Below are positions 19,890 to 30,636 of a stretch of DNA of 64,000 nucleotides, piece after piece; within the stretch, counting starts at the first letter, position 1, and every line of letters starts with the position of its first letter. Source of the DNA: Salinispira sp. (GTDB lineage Bacteria > Spirochaetota > Spirochaetia > DSM-27196 > Salinispiraceae); NCBI GenBank assembly GCA_965226555.1, contig CBDDDG010000014.1, forward strand, positions 96,001 through 160,000. The letters run 5' to 3'. The notes below the pieces were generated by a model. The model made no database searches, was not told the origin of the DNA, and was given only the letters and a program-made list of their open reading frames with translations. A program made the position numbers and the translations under genes.

Positions 19890-21177
19890 GGTATACAGCA
19901 AAATTGAACTAATAGAGGGAAATGTTATCACTGTCCGCGCCGATGGAGTTAGCTACGAAGACCTTGCGATTGTCCAGTCGCCGCATGGTTCATCGCTTGC
20001 TCAGGTCATTCGTCTTAATAGGGAGCATGTGAGTCTTCAGGTATTCAATGGAACACGTGGCGTTTCCACCGGCGATGAGGTTCGCTTTCTCGGACATCCC
20101 ATGACTGTTTCATTCAGTGAGAATTTGCTCGGAAGAATCTTCACCGGCTCAGGCCAGCCCAAGGATGGGGGTCCCTCACTGGAAGAGAATATGATCGAAA
20201 TTGCCGCTCCCTCAGTTAACCCCGTTATGCGTATTATCCCGAGGAATATGATCCGTACCGGTATTCCCATGATTGATCTCTTCAATACTCTTGTTGAAAG
20301 CCAGAAACTCCCCATTTTCTCCGTTTCAGGAGAGCCCTATAATGAGCTTCTTGCCAGAATTGCTCTTCAGGCCGAAGTCGACATCATTATTCTTGGGGGA
20401 ATCGGACTCAAATATGATGATTATCTCTCATTCAGAGATGCTCTTGAAGAGGGGGGAGCCCTGAGCCGCGCAATTTTCTTTGTTCATACTGCCGCCGATC
20501 CGATAGTAGAGGCCCTGCTTGTGCCGGATATCAGCTTGGCTGTTGCCGAAAAATTTGCTCTGGACGGAAAAAGGGTTCTCGTTCTTCTCACCGATATGAC
20601 AAATTTTGCCGATGCCCTCAAGGAAATATCCATTACCATGGAACAGGTGCCATCGAACCGCGGGTATCCGGGCGATCTCTATTCTCAGCTTGCAAGCCGT
20701 TATGAAAAGGCTGTGGATTTTGAAGGGGCGGGTTCCATTACTATTCTCGGAGCCACTACCATGCCCGGCGATGATGTTACGCATCCGGTTCCGGATAATA
20801 CCGGATACATTACCGAGGGGCAGTATTATCTGCGTAATGGACGCATTGAGCCATTTGGTTCCCTGAGCCGTTTGAAACAGATGGTGAATAAAGACACCCG
20901 TGAAGATCATCGCTTTATTATGGATTCCATGATCACGCTGTACGCGAGCTATAAGGAATCGTTGGAAAAGAAATCGATGGGCTTCAGAATGAACGACTGG
21001 GATGAAAAACTCATTAAGTACGGAGAGCTGTTTGAAAGCAAAATGATGGATCTTTCGGTGAATATCCCCCTTGAAAAGGCGCTGGATCTGGGCTGGGAAA
21101 TTCTTGCCGCGTGTTTTACCCCTCAGGAAACCGGCATTAAGTCAGATTTTGCGGACAAGTTCTGGCCGAAAAACTGA
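19882..21177 (+). CDS. atpB: V-type ATP synthase subunit B
   Basis: [48 protein letters not shown]. Confidence 0.97.
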   Translation: MYKVYSKIELIEGNVITVRADGVSYEDLAIVQSPHGSSLAQVIRLNREHVSLQVFNGTRGVSTGDEVRFLGHPMTVSFSENLLGRIFTGSGQPKDGGPSLEENMIEIAAPSVNPVMRIIPRNMIRTGIPMIDLFNTLVESQKLPIFSVSGEPYNELLARIALQAEVDIIILGGIGLKYDDYLSFRDALEEGGALSRAIFFVHTAADPIVEALLVPDISLAVAEKFALDGKRVLVLLTDMTNFADALKEISITMEQVPSNRGYPGDLYSQLASRYEKAVDFEGAGSITILGATTMPGDDVTHPVPDNTGYITEGQYYLRNGRIEPFGSLSRLKQMVNKDTREDHRFIMDSMITLYASYKESLEKKSMGFRMNDWDEKLIKYGELFESKMMDLSVNIPLEKALDLGWEILAACFTPQETGIKSDFADKFWPKN

Positions 21178-21255
21178 GCGTGTAATAGTACCTGAGCGCC
21201 GAATAATATCTGAGCGCGGGGCGCGTAACACGCGTAAAAAAAAGAGGAAGCCTGC

Positions 21256-21849
21256 ATGGCCCATATCAAACTGACAAAGAATGAACTGAAAAAACAAAAA
21301 GATTCTCTCAAACGTTTTCTTCGGTATTTGCCCACGCTGCAGTTGAAAAAACAGCAGCTGCAAATGGTTCTGAGGTCTATTGAGCAGAAGCAGGCCGTTG
21401 TTCGGGAGAAGCTGCAAAATCTGCAGGAGGGCTTAGATACCTGGGTTGCCCTTTTTGCGGATCAACAGGATGTTTCCAATTATCTCTCCATTCAGGAAGT
21501 CCGGGTATTAGTAACAAACATTGCCGGTACCGACATTCCTGTTTTTGAAGGAATTAATTTTCATATTGAACCCTACGATTTATTTTCAACTCCTCTCTGG
21601 GTAGATTCGGGAATTGAATGTATGCAAAATTCCATAGGTCTGGAAATTGAACTGAAGGTACTCGAGGAACAATATCGGCGAATAGCTCAGGAACTCAAAA
21701 TTACTTCTCAGCGGGTAAATCTTTTTGAGAAAGTGAAAATTCCTGAGACCAGAGAATACATACGCGCCATTCAAATTTATCTTGGCGATCAGCAAACTGC
21801 CGCCGTTGTCCGCGGCAAAATTGCCAAGAGCAAAGTTGCCCAGGGGTAG
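21256..21849 (+). CDS. atpD: V-type ATP synthase subunit D
   Basis: LTKNELK, LPTLQLKKQQL, QRVNLFEKVKIP. Confidence 0.95.
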   Translation: MAHIKLTKNELKKQKDSLKRFLRYLPTLQLKKQQLQMVLRSIEQKQAVVREKLQNLQEGLDTWVALFADQQDVSNYLSIQEVRVLVTNIAGTDIPVFEGINFHIEPYDLFSTPLWVDSGIECMQNSIGLEIELKVLEEQYRRIAQELKITSQRVNLFEKVKIPETREYIRAIQIYLGDQQTAAVVRGKIAKSKVAQG

Positions 21850-21854
21850 GACCT

Positions 21855-23771
21855 ATGATTGTTTCCATGAAGAAAATCCGTATTCTTTCACGCGCATCCC
21901 GAAAAGAGGAGCTGATAGTTTCCCTCAGAAACCTAGGAGTACTCCATCCGGTAACCCGGGAAAAATCAAATGAATCTCTTGAAAAACTTAGAGAGAAGGT
22001 TGCCATGGTGAAAGGTGCCATTCGGGCAATTCCTGATAGCGGCGGCGCTCGCGCATCCAGCGGCTCCATCTCCAGCGGCAGAGCCGGTAAAAAAACCAGC
22101 GCCGCCGATGCCGCTGCCATTCCCGAAGCGCGGCAGAATGTCTCACATAATCCTGCCGAACTCGCGCAGCACATTATCAAAAAAGAAGAAACCCTCAGAG
22201 AACGGGAAAGCGAACTCCATACACTGCACAAGGAAATTGCGCGAATAGAGGAATGGGGAAATTTTGATCCTGACCTCATGCGTGCTCTTTCTCAGAATTC
22301 AGGGCTTCATCTTTCACTGGCCATAGTGAAGGCAGATGAACTCACGCGCATTCCAGCGGATGTTTCATATATCATTCTCAGCAGGAAAAAACATACCTGC
22401 CGTCTTCTTCTCCTCGGAGACCCTCATACACTCAATTTCGATGTCCTGAATCTGCCCGAACATTCACTCCGGGAACTTCTCAGAAGGGAAGAAAAAATTT
22501 CCATGAAATATTCAAAACTGCAGGAGGAAATGGCAGAATTTCAGGCAGGGAAGAAAATGCTCAGGAGGTATCAGTACTCCCTCGAAAAGGATATTGAGTT
22601 CAGCGCTGTTCAGGCAAATATGGAAACCTGCAATGAATTGCCGACAATTGTTACCATTGAGGGTTTTATTCCTGTTTCCCACATAGAAAAATTCCAATCG
22701 CTTGCTTCAGAGCAGGGTATTGCCTTCACCATTGAAGACCCGGACATTGACGATACCGTTCCGACACTCATCAGGAACCCCCGCGCAGTGTGTATTTCCG
22801 AACCAATTTTCACCTTTATGGATACATTACCCGGTTATCGGGAGCATGACATTTCGTTCTGGTTTCTCCTGTTTTTTTCACTATTTTTTGCCATGATTAT
22901 TGGCGATGCGGGATACGGCGCGCTGCTCAGTGTTGTTTCGGCAGGCGCAATACTATCTGCGCGGATACGGCGCCGGCCGGTGTCGAATGTGCTCATTTTG
23001 TTTATGACACTCGGTGTGAGCACGATTCTCTGGGGGGCTGCAAGCGGTAATTGGTTTGGATACGCGCCCATTGGAGACATTCCCTTCTTTGCGCAGTTTA
23101 TCATTCCGCAGCTCGATGCCTTTGCCGAGGGAACACTGGCGGATACAGTTGTTGAAACCCTTCTTGTGTTTTGTTTTAGTTTGGGAATAGTTCATCTCCT
23201 CCTTGCGCATACACTGGCTTTTCTGAAAAAACTGCGTGAGGATCCCCGCATTCATGCCTTTGCCGATGTCGGTTGGAGTTCCACATTAATAGGATTATAC
23301 TTTTTTGTTTTGAACCTAGTTGTCAGCGCCGAAAAATTTCCTGTTCCGCCGGTAACCCTTCCGCTCATATTCGGAGGATTAATTGTTGTCATACTCTTTG
23401 CAGGACAGGAAGGAGACGGTTTCTTTCGCGGAGTACTGAGAACACTCAACATTGGGAATCTCATCTACACAGCTCTCACAGCCATTAGTTCCTTTGCCGA
23501 TATTATTTCGTATATCAGGCTTTTTGCTGTTGGACTTGCTTCAGTTGAAATTGCACGAAGCTTTAATAATATGGCGGAAGGAATTATGCAGTCCGGCGGT
23601 GCGGTAGGAACAATACTCGGTATTGTTGTATTATGTATCGGGCACAGCCTGAACCTTGTTATGGGCGGGCTCTCTGTGCTGGTACATGGTTTGCGCCTGA
23701 AAATGCTGGAGTTTTCAGGGCATCTTGGTAATGAATGGACGGGGTTTGCCTATAAACCCTTTAGAAATTAA
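21855..23771 (+). CDS. atpI: V-type ATP synthase subunit I
   Basis: PGYRE.D, FFAMIIGDAGYG, FADIISYIRLFAVGLA, VHGLRL..LEF. Confidence 0.95.
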   Translation: MIVSMKKIRILSRASRKEELIVSLRNLGVLHPVTREKSNESLEKLREKVAMVKGAIRAIPDSGGARASSGSISSGRAGKKTSAADAAAIPEARQNVSHNPAELAQHIIKKEETLRERESELHTLHKEIARIEEWGNFDPDLMRALSQNSGLHLSLAIVKADELTRIPADVSYIILSRKKHTCRLLLLGDPHTLNFDVLNLPEHSLRELLRREEKISMKYSKLQEEMAEFQAGKKMLRRYQYSLEKDIEFSAVQANMETCNELPTIVTIEGFIPVSHIEKFQSLASEQGIAFTIEDPDIDDTVPTLIRNPRAVCISEPIFTFMDTLPGYREHDISFWFLLFFSLFFAMIIGDAGYGALLSVVSAGAILSARIRRRPVSNVLILFMTLGVSTILWGAASGNWFGYAPIGDIPFFAQFIIPQLDAFAEGTLADTVVETLLVFCFSLGIVHLLLAHTLAFLKKLREDPRIHAFADVGWSSTLIGLYFFVLNLVVSAEKFPVPPVTLPLIFGGLIVVILFAGQEGDGFFRGVLRTLNIGNLIYTALTAISSFADIISYIRLFAVGLASVEIARSFNNMAEGIMQSGGAVGTILGIVVLCIGHSLNLVMGGLSVLVHGLRLKMLEFSGHLGNEWTGFAYKPFRN

Positions 23772-23773
23772 CA

Positions 23774-23827
23774 GAAACTTTTGCTACTGGAAATTGTGCA
23801 CGCACAATTTTCCAATGCAAAAGATTC
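23774..23827 (+). repeat. Stand-alone long palindrome between atpI and atpK
   Basis: GAAACTTTTGCTACTGGAAATTGTGC-AC-GCACAATTTTCCAATGCAAAAGATTC. Confidence 0.9.
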
Positions 23828-23874
23828 TAACAGAAACTGAAAAAATTCATAGAAGAATTTTGCAGGAGGATATT

Positions 23875-24309
23875 ATGGATATTGGAATGGTCGGCAGTAT
23901 TGCCGCTTTCACACTTGCGGCCCTGGGTTCAGCTCTCGGAATTGGCGCAGCGGCTATGGCGGCAGTTGGAGCTTGGAAAAAATGTTATATCCAAAACAAG
24001 CCAGTGCCGTTTTTACTCATGGCCTTTATCGGAGCGCCCCTGACGCAGACAATCTACGGTCTCATTCTCATGGGAAACATCCGTACTGCCGTTGAGGGGG
24101 GAAGCACCGATCCGCTGTTTGCGCTTTTCACGGGCATTCTCAGCGGTGTTGCCATTGGGGCATCGGCTTTCTATCAGGGCAGGGCAGGCGCGAATGCCTC
24201 AGATGCCTTTGCGGAAACCGGAAAGGGCTTTGTCAATTATATTCTGGCTCTCGGGTCGGTTGAGGTAGTTGCGCTCTTTGTCTTTATATTTGCCAGTTTG
24301 CAATTATAA
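23875..24309 (+). CDS. atpK: V-type ATP synthase subunit K (4-TM proteolipid)
   Basis: GSALGIG.A, GAWKKCY, PLTQTIYG, essential Glu in SVEVVALF; SD AGGAGG. Confidence 0.9.
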   Translation: MDIGMVGSIAAFTLAALGSALGIGAAAMAAVGAWKKCYIQNKPVPFLLMAFIGAPLTQTIYGLILMGNIRTAVEGGSTDPLFALFTGILSGVAIGASAFYQGRAGANASDAFAETGKGFVNYILALGSVEVVALFVFIFASLQL

Positions 24310-24322
24310 ACAGGAGTTGCGC

Positions 24323-25825
24323 ATGTATGGTAAGCGAACGTTTCTATTAGTTTTTATATTTTGCGCTACTATCATTTTTGCGCAGGAAGTTGATGTTGAA
24401 GAACTTGAGCGCAGCATTACCGACACGGTCAATTTCATTAATTACAGCGGTGTTCATACAGGAATTATTGATAGTCTTGACGCTATTCGGGGAATAGGAA
24501 GGCAACTTGGGGCTGAAATCGCTCATAATGAAAGCCTGAGCTATGCCGGGAAATATCGGATAACCCATATCCTCCCCTCCGATAATCGTCAACGCGGAGC
24601 CGATGTTTTTGAGCTGCTCCCCGGGGCGCGCATCGATCATATTGATAATCTCCGCATAGTTATTTCGGCATATCTGAGTGCCCGCTACGCCTACTCTCCC
24701 GAAGATTCGCGTCTGCTTGGAAGATTAATTACCATATACAATGCGGTATACAGGAACAATATTGATTTCTTTGCAGAACATTATGCCGAAGAAGTATTCA
24801 CTGTTCTCAATGAGACAAAGGTTGGGCTTTCACTTACCTATCGTGAATGGGCGGGAGAATCTCAGATCATTATTCCCATTAACCTCAATGCTGCGGCCGA
24901 TAATCTCTCTTCCGTGCCTGCCGATGAATTATTAAGCGATGCAGTTGAGGAAACGCTCCGATCGTCTGAAAATCTGGGTATTGAAGACCGCATTGAGGCT
25001 ATTGATCTTATTGACCGCGCTGTGGATGAGGGACGTACCCAAATAGAGGAAGAACGCGAGCGTATTGCTTCCCGGCAGGAAGATCTCCTCAGGGAAAGTG
25101 AAAACCTCCGGCAGCGTGACGAAGCCTCCTCTGTGAGTCCTGAGCGCGAAGCTGCGGAAAGCGATGGTGAGCGCCAAACAGAACAACAGGCAGAACAACA
25201 GGCAGAAATTCGACAGGAACAACAGGAGCTTGCCGCTCAGCAGGATGAAAATGAGAAGCGGCAGTCTGCGCTTGACCGCGCGAGCGAGCGTTCGAGCGAA
25301 ATTCGAAGATCGGTGGCCGATGATGTCGGAGCATTATCACCTGAGACAGCTCCCGATATTGTTCTCTTTACCCGAAATCGCCTTTCCGGAAATTCGCTGT
25401 CGGCGCGCATTGTTACCATCGATCTCAATACCGGGAATGTTGTTCAAAGTACCCGGCAGGAAATTATCGGGAGCAATTTCCTCAATACCCGCAATGGTCT
25501 TCTGGCAATAGGCAATGTGGAGGGAACGGCGCGGTTTATTCTTTTTGACCCCTCCGATCTTTCTGTTGATTTGCGTGGTGATGCCGAGATGAGCCGGTAT
25601 TCTCCCATTATCGCCGGAGCGAATGGAGGAATTTACGCGATTACCCGAGTCGACAGTCAGTGGTACCTTGGATATTTTGACATTTCTCTGAACTTATTGT
25701 TCCATTCCGCTATCCCTGTTGCAGAAGAGAGCGGGCTTGCTATTGACGGTTCCCGGATTATTGTACAGCGCCGCGACGGACGATTTACCGGACTCAGCCT
25801 CACTGATCTCAGGGTCGCGCCTTAA
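24323..25825 (+). CDS. P83/100-family spirochete antigen
   Basis: Signal peptide, FINY.G, I.GIG..L, AD.F......IDHIDNLR..IS.YL..Y.YS, W.G.SQI.IP, coiled-coil middle. Confidence 0.75.
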   Translation: MYGKRTFLLVFIFCATIIFAQEVDVEELERSITDTVNFINYSGVHTGIIDSLDAIRGIGRQLGAEIAHNESLSYAGKYRITHILPSDNRQRGADVFELLPGARIDHIDNLRIVISAYLSARYAYSPEDSRLLGRLITIYNAVYRNNIDFFAEHYAEEVFTVLNETKVGLSLTYREWAGESQIIIPINLNAAADNLSSVPADELLSDAVEETLRSSENLGIEDRIEAIDLIDRAVDEGRTQIEEERERIASRQEDLLRESENLRQRDEASSVSPEREAAESDGERQTEQQAEQQAEIRQEQQELAAQQDENEKRQSALDRASERSSEIRRSVADDVGALSPETAPDIVLFTRNRLSGNSLSARIVTIDLNTGNVVQSTRQEIIGSNFLNTRNGLLAIGNVEGTARFILFDPSDLSVDLRGDAEMSRYSPIIAGANGGIYAITRVDSQWYLGYFDISLNLLFHSAIPVAEESGLAIDGSRIIVQRRDGRFTGLSLTDLRVAP

Positions 25826-28668
25826 TCAAGATACGGATTCGTATTTTCATTTTCCGTAGCCTGTTCCGGTGATAGTATGATATCTTGATTGTTGTCGGTG
25901 TTGCTATCGGCGCTGCCAGTTGTTTCGCCGGTGTCGGTATTGCTGGCATCGGCATCGGTGTTGCCGATGCTGTCGGTATTGCTGGCATCGGCATCGGTGT
26001 TGCCGATGTTGACGCTGCTGTCGGTATTGCTGGCATCGCTATCGGCGCTGCCGGTTGTTTCGCCGGTGTCATCAATAAGCGGGTTTCCCTGAGCCGAAGC
26101 AAGTTCAAAATTGTTTCTGGTTTGTGCGGGGGCGGCAGGCTGCAGTTCAAAGGCACGATCCAGTTCAAAGTCGAAGTCAATATCAAGTTCGAGATTGAGA
26201 TCGATGTTCATATTGTTAATCTGATTATCCGGCTGATCATCTGGGAAGGTATTTTGATTATTGAAGGTATTGAGTCCTCCCGTAAGGAGATTCTGTTCAA
26301 GCCGGAGTATTCCTAGTTGGGTTATTTCTGCCTGAAAAATATCATTTTCATCAAATTCCCGCGGTTCGGTGCCAGTTCGGAAAATTTCGGTATAGGTTTT
26401 CCCTTGGTAACCTGCCGGAGGTAATAGCCCGTTTTTTCTGGTTACTTCACGTTCTACAAGCCCGCTGGATGGCCGTGTGAACTTTATTGGTTCAAGATTC
26501 TCATGAACTGCCTTCATGTAACGCGCCCAAATTGGCCCTGCGGTAAGGGCTCCAGTTTGATTTACTCCCAGAGAATTACTTCCCTCATCGAAGCCGATCC
26601 ATATAGCCGTTGTATAATAGGGGCTGAAGCCGACTGTCCAGATGGCTGACCAATTTTGTGTGGTTCCGGTTTTTCCCGCCATCGGCATATCTCCAAAACC
26701 ATTGACCAGACTGGTTGGATAACGGAGTGTGCCTTCCGAAATAGTTGTTTGCAGCATGTTCGTCATAATGTATGCGGTTTGCGGGCTGAGAAGCTGAAGT
26801 TCCCTGCTTTTTCGCGCCTGCTCTTCCCGAAGTTTCTTTTCCGGTTCGGCAACAATACGCCCATCGCGGTCTTCAATATAGGTAATAAAAACCGGAGTTG
26901 TTCTCTTTCCGCCGTTTGGAAAGGTTGCAAAGGCCTGAGCCATCATTATTGGTGAAACAGCAATAACTCCGAGTCCAATGGGATATTTACGAACAAGTCC
27001 TCTGCTTATTTGTTCTTTTTCCGGTATTCCAAGAAGCGCCGATGTAATATCAATGGCATCAATAAAACCAAGACGGTTGAGAACACGAAGAGAGGGAACA
27101 TTCATACTTCTTGCAAGTGAGTAGCGGACGAGAACCTCTCCCTGCCATTCCCCTCGGTAGTTTGTCGGAGTGTAGGATGTGCCGTCATCATTCCAGAAAA
27201 CAACAGGACTGTCATATATCATTGTTGCAGGCGTAACAATTTCCTTTTCTATCGCCGCAGCATAATACAGAGGTTTGAAAGAACTGCCCGGCTGCACTCG
27301 CGCGCTGAGCGCGCGGTTGAGTTGGTTAATTTGCTCAAACTTACTGCCGCCAATCATCGCAAGAACCCTGCCGGTTTCATTTTCAAGAGAAATGAGGGCG
27401 CCTTCCACGGTTGTACGCTTTATGGCATCTTCTTCGTTTTTATAAGAAGTTATAACGACATCCCGCAAACCGCCAGTATTTGTATTCTCACTCATAAACG
27501 TAAGCATGTCGAGAAGGGGGTTCAAATTCTTATTAAAGTACCGTTGCGCATCCTGCTGCTTTCTATTTCCGCTGACCAGCAGCTGATCCATATCAAAATT
27601 GAGTCCCAGAAGATTAATAACAGGAACAAAAACCTCTGTTGCAATGTTTGCCCGCCGTGAAATGTTACGTTCATACATATCATTGGCCGAGTTAATTCCG
27701 GCCTGAAGATATTCCTGAGCGAATTGTTGATGATCAAGATCAATAGTTGTATATACTCGGTAACCGTCGCGGTAAATGTTTGCGCTGCCAAGAAGAATCT
27801 CATTTTCAAGCAGGTAACGTATGTGTTCGCTGAAATAGGGAGCCTTGTCCTCGCGTTCAAAGAAGGCTGTGGTTGATCCTGAGCGGGTATAGTCGTAGTT
27901 TTGCCAGAATTTTTCGAATGAGGTATCTACTTCTTCCTGAGTTGCATACCCGAGGCTAACCATTTCATTGAGCATTATCCGCTGGCGCTCCCGCGATTGA
28001 TTCGGATTTTTCAGGGGGCTGTACTTTGTCGTACTGGAAAGTTGAAGGGCAAGCATCATACTTTCGGCGATCGTTACCTCTCTTACCGAATGTCCGAAGA
28101 AAAAATCGCTTGCAGCCTCTACGCCGTAGGTATTGTGTCCGAACCACGATTTATTCAGATATTCCTCAAGTATTTCATTTTTTGACCAGTTTCGTTCCAG
28201 CTGAAGAGCTACCCACATCTCCCTAAGTTTTCGTGATATTGTGATATCACTTTTATCGAAATAGAGCATGGTGGCAAGCTGTTGGGTAATTGTCGATCCT
28301 CCGCCTGAAAAGTTACCGGTGAGATACCCAATGGCTGCCCGAACTGTCCCGCGGATGCTTATTCCTTTGTGATCAAAGAAATTTTTATCTTCCCGGGTAA
28401 TAACTGCGTACACAAGATGCAGAGGAATTTCCTCAATGGATATGAGTTCTCTTTTTTCATCGGAGAAAAATTCAGTAACAAGGCGCCCCTTCCGATCAAA
28501 AATCTGAGTAGGGAGAGATATCTCCGATTCATCGAAATTCCGGAGATCAGTGAGATTCTGAGTTGAAGCTATCGCAATTCCAATGACAATTGCAAAGAAA
28601 AGAAAGCATAGCGCCGCAATTCCGCTCACTATTATAAGAATAATTTTTGCTTTATCAGATACATGCAT
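25822..28668 (-). CDS. mrcA: Class A penicillin-binding protein 1A with repetitive acidic tail
   Basis: ED..FF.H.G, GGSTITQQL, RKL.E (transglycosylase); QPGSSFKP, S.N, GKTGT (transpeptidase). Confidence 0.93.
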   Translation of the reverse strand: MHVSDKAKIILIIVSGIAALCFLFFAIVIGIAIASTQNLTDLRNFDESEISLPTQIFDRKGRLVTEFFSDEKRELISIEEIPLHLVYAVITREDKNFFDHKGISIRGTVRAAIGYLTGNFSGGGSTITQQLATMLYFDKSDITISRKLREMWVALQLERNWSKNEILEEYLNKSWFGHNTYGVEAASDFFFGHSVREVTIAESMMLALQLSSTTKYSPLKNPNQSRERQRIMLNEMVSLGYATQEEVDTSFEKFWQNYDYTRSGSTTAFFEREDKAPYFSEHIRYLLENEILLGSANIYRDGYRVYTTIDLDHQQFAQEYLQAGINSANDMYERNISRRANIATEVFVPVINLLGLNFDMDQLLVSGNRKQQDAQRYFNKNLNPLLDMLTFMSENTNTGGLRDVVITSYKNEEDAIKRTTVEGALISLENETGRVLAMIGGSKFEQINQLNRALSARVQPGSSFKPLYYAAAIEKEIVTPATMIYDSPVVFWNDDGTSYTPTNYRGEWQGEVLVRYSLARSMNVPSLRVLNRLGFIDAIDITSALLGIPEKEQISRGLVRKYPIGLGVIAVSPIMMAQAFATFPNGGKRTTPVFITYIEDRDGRIVAEPEKKLREEQARKSRELQLLSPQTAYIMTNMLQTTISEGTLRYPTSLVNGFGDMPMAGKTGTTQNWSAIWTVGFSPYYTTAIWIGFDEGSNSLGVNQTGALTAGPIWARYMKAVHENLEPIKFTRPSSGLVEREVTRKNGLLPPAGYQGKTYTEIFRTGTEPREFDENDIFQAEITQLGILRLEQNLLTGGLNTFNNQNTFPDDQPDNQINNMNIDLNLELDIDFDFELDRAFELQPAAPAQTRNNFELASAQGNPLIDDTGETTGSADSDASNTDSSVNIGNTDADASNTDSIGNTDADASNTDTGETTGSADSNTDNNQDIILSPEQATENENTNPYLD

Positions 28669-28710
28669 ACGTACTATATAGTATGAATACAGAAGTTTTT
28701 AGTCAATTAC

Positions 28711-28915
28711 AAAGTTTTGCAGAATGCAAAAGTTAATTATATATTGCGACAGATCGAATACAAAAAAAGGCCGGTCCAATGAACCGGCCTACCCATGTAG
28801 GGGTCAACCGTTATATATAGTAAACTGGGAGGGGAACTATACTCCGGCTGACAAGTATATTATCGTAAATTTATGAACGAAGGTTAATACAAAGTTTTGC
28901 CTGATGCAAAACTTT
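28711..28915. repeat. Two short palindrome-family hairpins (28711-28734, 28891-28915)
   Basis: AAAGTTTTGC-n5-GCAAAA(G/C)TT. Confidence 0.8.
28762..28790 (-). terminator. Intrinsic terminator on the minus strand, upstream of PBP1A
   Basis: Minus strand AGGCCGGT-7 nt-ACCGGCCT followed by a T-run. Confidence 0.7.
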
Positions 28916-28948
28916 GTATTAATCGGCGCATAAAGGGGGAGGGGCAGC

Positions 28949-30418
28949 ATGCAGGCTACCATACAAAACCGGACAATTTTCTGCAGCGACAATCTTCATA
29001 TCCTCAAAGGAATAGATACCGAAACCATCGACCTCATCTATCTCGATCCGCCATTCAATAAAAAGAAAGAATTCACCGCGCCGGTCAAAAGCTCTGCCGA
29101 GGGAGCGTCATTTTCCGATATTTTTCGTCAGAAAGATATTAAGGAAGAGTGGATACAAACAATAGCGGAAGATAACACGGCGCTATATGAATTGCTGAAC
29201 TTTGCCCGAAAGGCCGAAGGCCGTACCAGTTATAACTTTTGCTACCTTGCCTACATGGCCATTCGGCTATTACACATACACCGCGTGTTAAAACCTGCGG
29301 GGAGCGTTTATCTGCACTGCGATTCGACCATGTCTCATTATCTCAAATTAACCATGGATTGCATTTTTGGGGAAAGCAATTTCAGAAATGAAATTATATG
29401 GCAGAGGAACGACAGGCGGGCAAAGGGGAGTCAGCATAGGAGCAAGCGCTTCGGAAACAATACCGACAGCGTGCTGTTTTATGCCAAAAGCGCACTGCAT
29501 GAACTCACTGTCCATAAAAAACTTACAGAAATTGAAAGTGTGGAAAAGTTTAATAAGATAGATGAAACAGGCCGCAAATACTATACGGGCATACCGATAT
29601 TCCGTTCAAAATCGATGGGACCGCGTCCGCATTTATGCTATGAGTGGCGGGGGTTTCGCAATCCGTATCCGAGCGGATGGAGGTTGTCAAAAGAACGGTT
29701 GGAAGAAGAATATGAGAAGGGCAATGTTATTATTCTGGCAGACGGGAACATTGAAAGACGCAAATATGCGGATGAATATGAGGGATATCCCTTAGATAGC
29801 AACTGGACAGATATACCGCGCATAACAGCGGGAAGCGCGGAAAGTGTCGGATACCCAACGCAAAAGCCCGTAGCATTGCTTGAGCGGATAATACAGGCAT
29901 CGTGCCCCGAAAACGGCGTTGTGCTCGATCCCTTCTGCGGCTGCGCAACGACCTGTGTGGCTGCGGAGAAACTCGGCAAGCAGTGGGTGGGGGTCGATGT
30001 TTCAGTAAAGGCCTACGATTTGGTAAGAAAACGTTTACAGAACGAAGTAGAACACAAGGAAGCAATGCCGCTCTATGAACAGGTGTATGATCAACTGGTG
30101 AATTTTGAAACCGATCCGCCAGAACGAACCGACTCAGCAAGAAACAGCGCCGAAGAAAAAAAGTTTGTATACGTTATATCGCATCAAAAATCGCCGGGCG
30201 AATATAAGGTGGGAATTGCGAAGAATTGGAATGCCCGCCTCAATTCATATCAGACTGCCGATCCCGACAGGGCATACAAAATGGAATACACAAAATTAAC
30301 ATCGCACTTCAGGGAAATAGAAAAATATATTCATGAAAAATTCGATAACAAGCACGAATGGGTACGGGGCGAATTAGCCGACATTATTCATGCGATAAAT
30401 ACGTATGAAAGCGGCTGA
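28949..30418 (+). CDS. N6A/N4C (beta-class) DNA methyltransferase fused to a C-terminal GIY-YIG/T5orf172-like domain
   Basis: IDLIYLDPPFN, FRNEIIW, YPTQKP..LLERII, LDPFCGCATT; C-terminal FVYVI......YKVGIA.N..ARL..YQT.DP...IEK.IH...EWV. Confidence 0.85.
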   Translation: MQATIQNRTIFCSDNLHILKGIDTETIDLIYLDPPFNKKKEFTAPVKSSAEGASFSDIFRQKDIKEEWIQTIAEDNTALYELLNFARKAEGRTSYNFCYLAYMAIRLLHIHRVLKPAGSVYLHCDSTMSHYLKLTMDCIFGESNFRNEIIWQRNDRRAKGSQHRSKRFGNNTDSVLFYAKSALHELTVHKKLTEIESVEKFNKIDETGRKYYTGIPIFRSKSMGPRPHLCYEWRGFRNPYPSGWRLSKERLEEEYEKGNVIILADGNIERRKYADEYEGYPLDSNWTDIPRITAGSAESVGYPTQKPVALLERIIQASCPENGVVLDPFCGCATTCVAAEKLGKQWVGVDVSVKAYDLVRKRLQNEVEHKEAMPLYEQVYDQLVNFETDPPERTDSARNSAEEKKFVYVISHQKSPGEYKVGIAKNWNARLNSYQTADPDRAYKMEYTKLTSHFREIEKYIHEKFDNKHEWVRGELADIIHAINTYESG

Positions 30419-30520
30419 TAATTGTACATTCATAGAAACTTTTGCATTGGAATATAACAACAATTGATTGTCATTGTGGAATGTAGTATAGTCCGATATA
30501 TCTGAAATTTGAGTTGCAGG

Positions 30521-30636
30521 ATGAACTTTGAGTGGGATGAGCAAAAGAATCAAGGGAATAAAAATGAAAAGGGATTTTTCAAAAATGATTGGCCGTAAAA
30601 GCCCATATGCTAAAAAACTCAAAAAACAAATCACTA
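30521..30636 (+). pseudogene. BrnT/BrnA toxin-antitoxin remnant
   Basis: ATG 30521 gives MNFEWDEQKN (BrnT-like N-terminus); ATG 30564 gives MKRDFSKM..RKSPYAKKLKKQIT (BrnA-like), cut off by a palindrome at 30637. Confidence 0.6.

Noticed and set aside
21174..21240. CTGAGCG x3 between atpB and atpD, and purine-rich repeats at 43880-43920
   Set aside because: Short and degenerate; best explained by the general slippage pattern.
23725..23874. Extended N-termini of atpK, yggT (30644), 48424 and 62927 ORFs
   Set aside because: Translations of the palindrome (NFCYWKL.., LLLEIAQAQFSNAK); better starts lie downstream.
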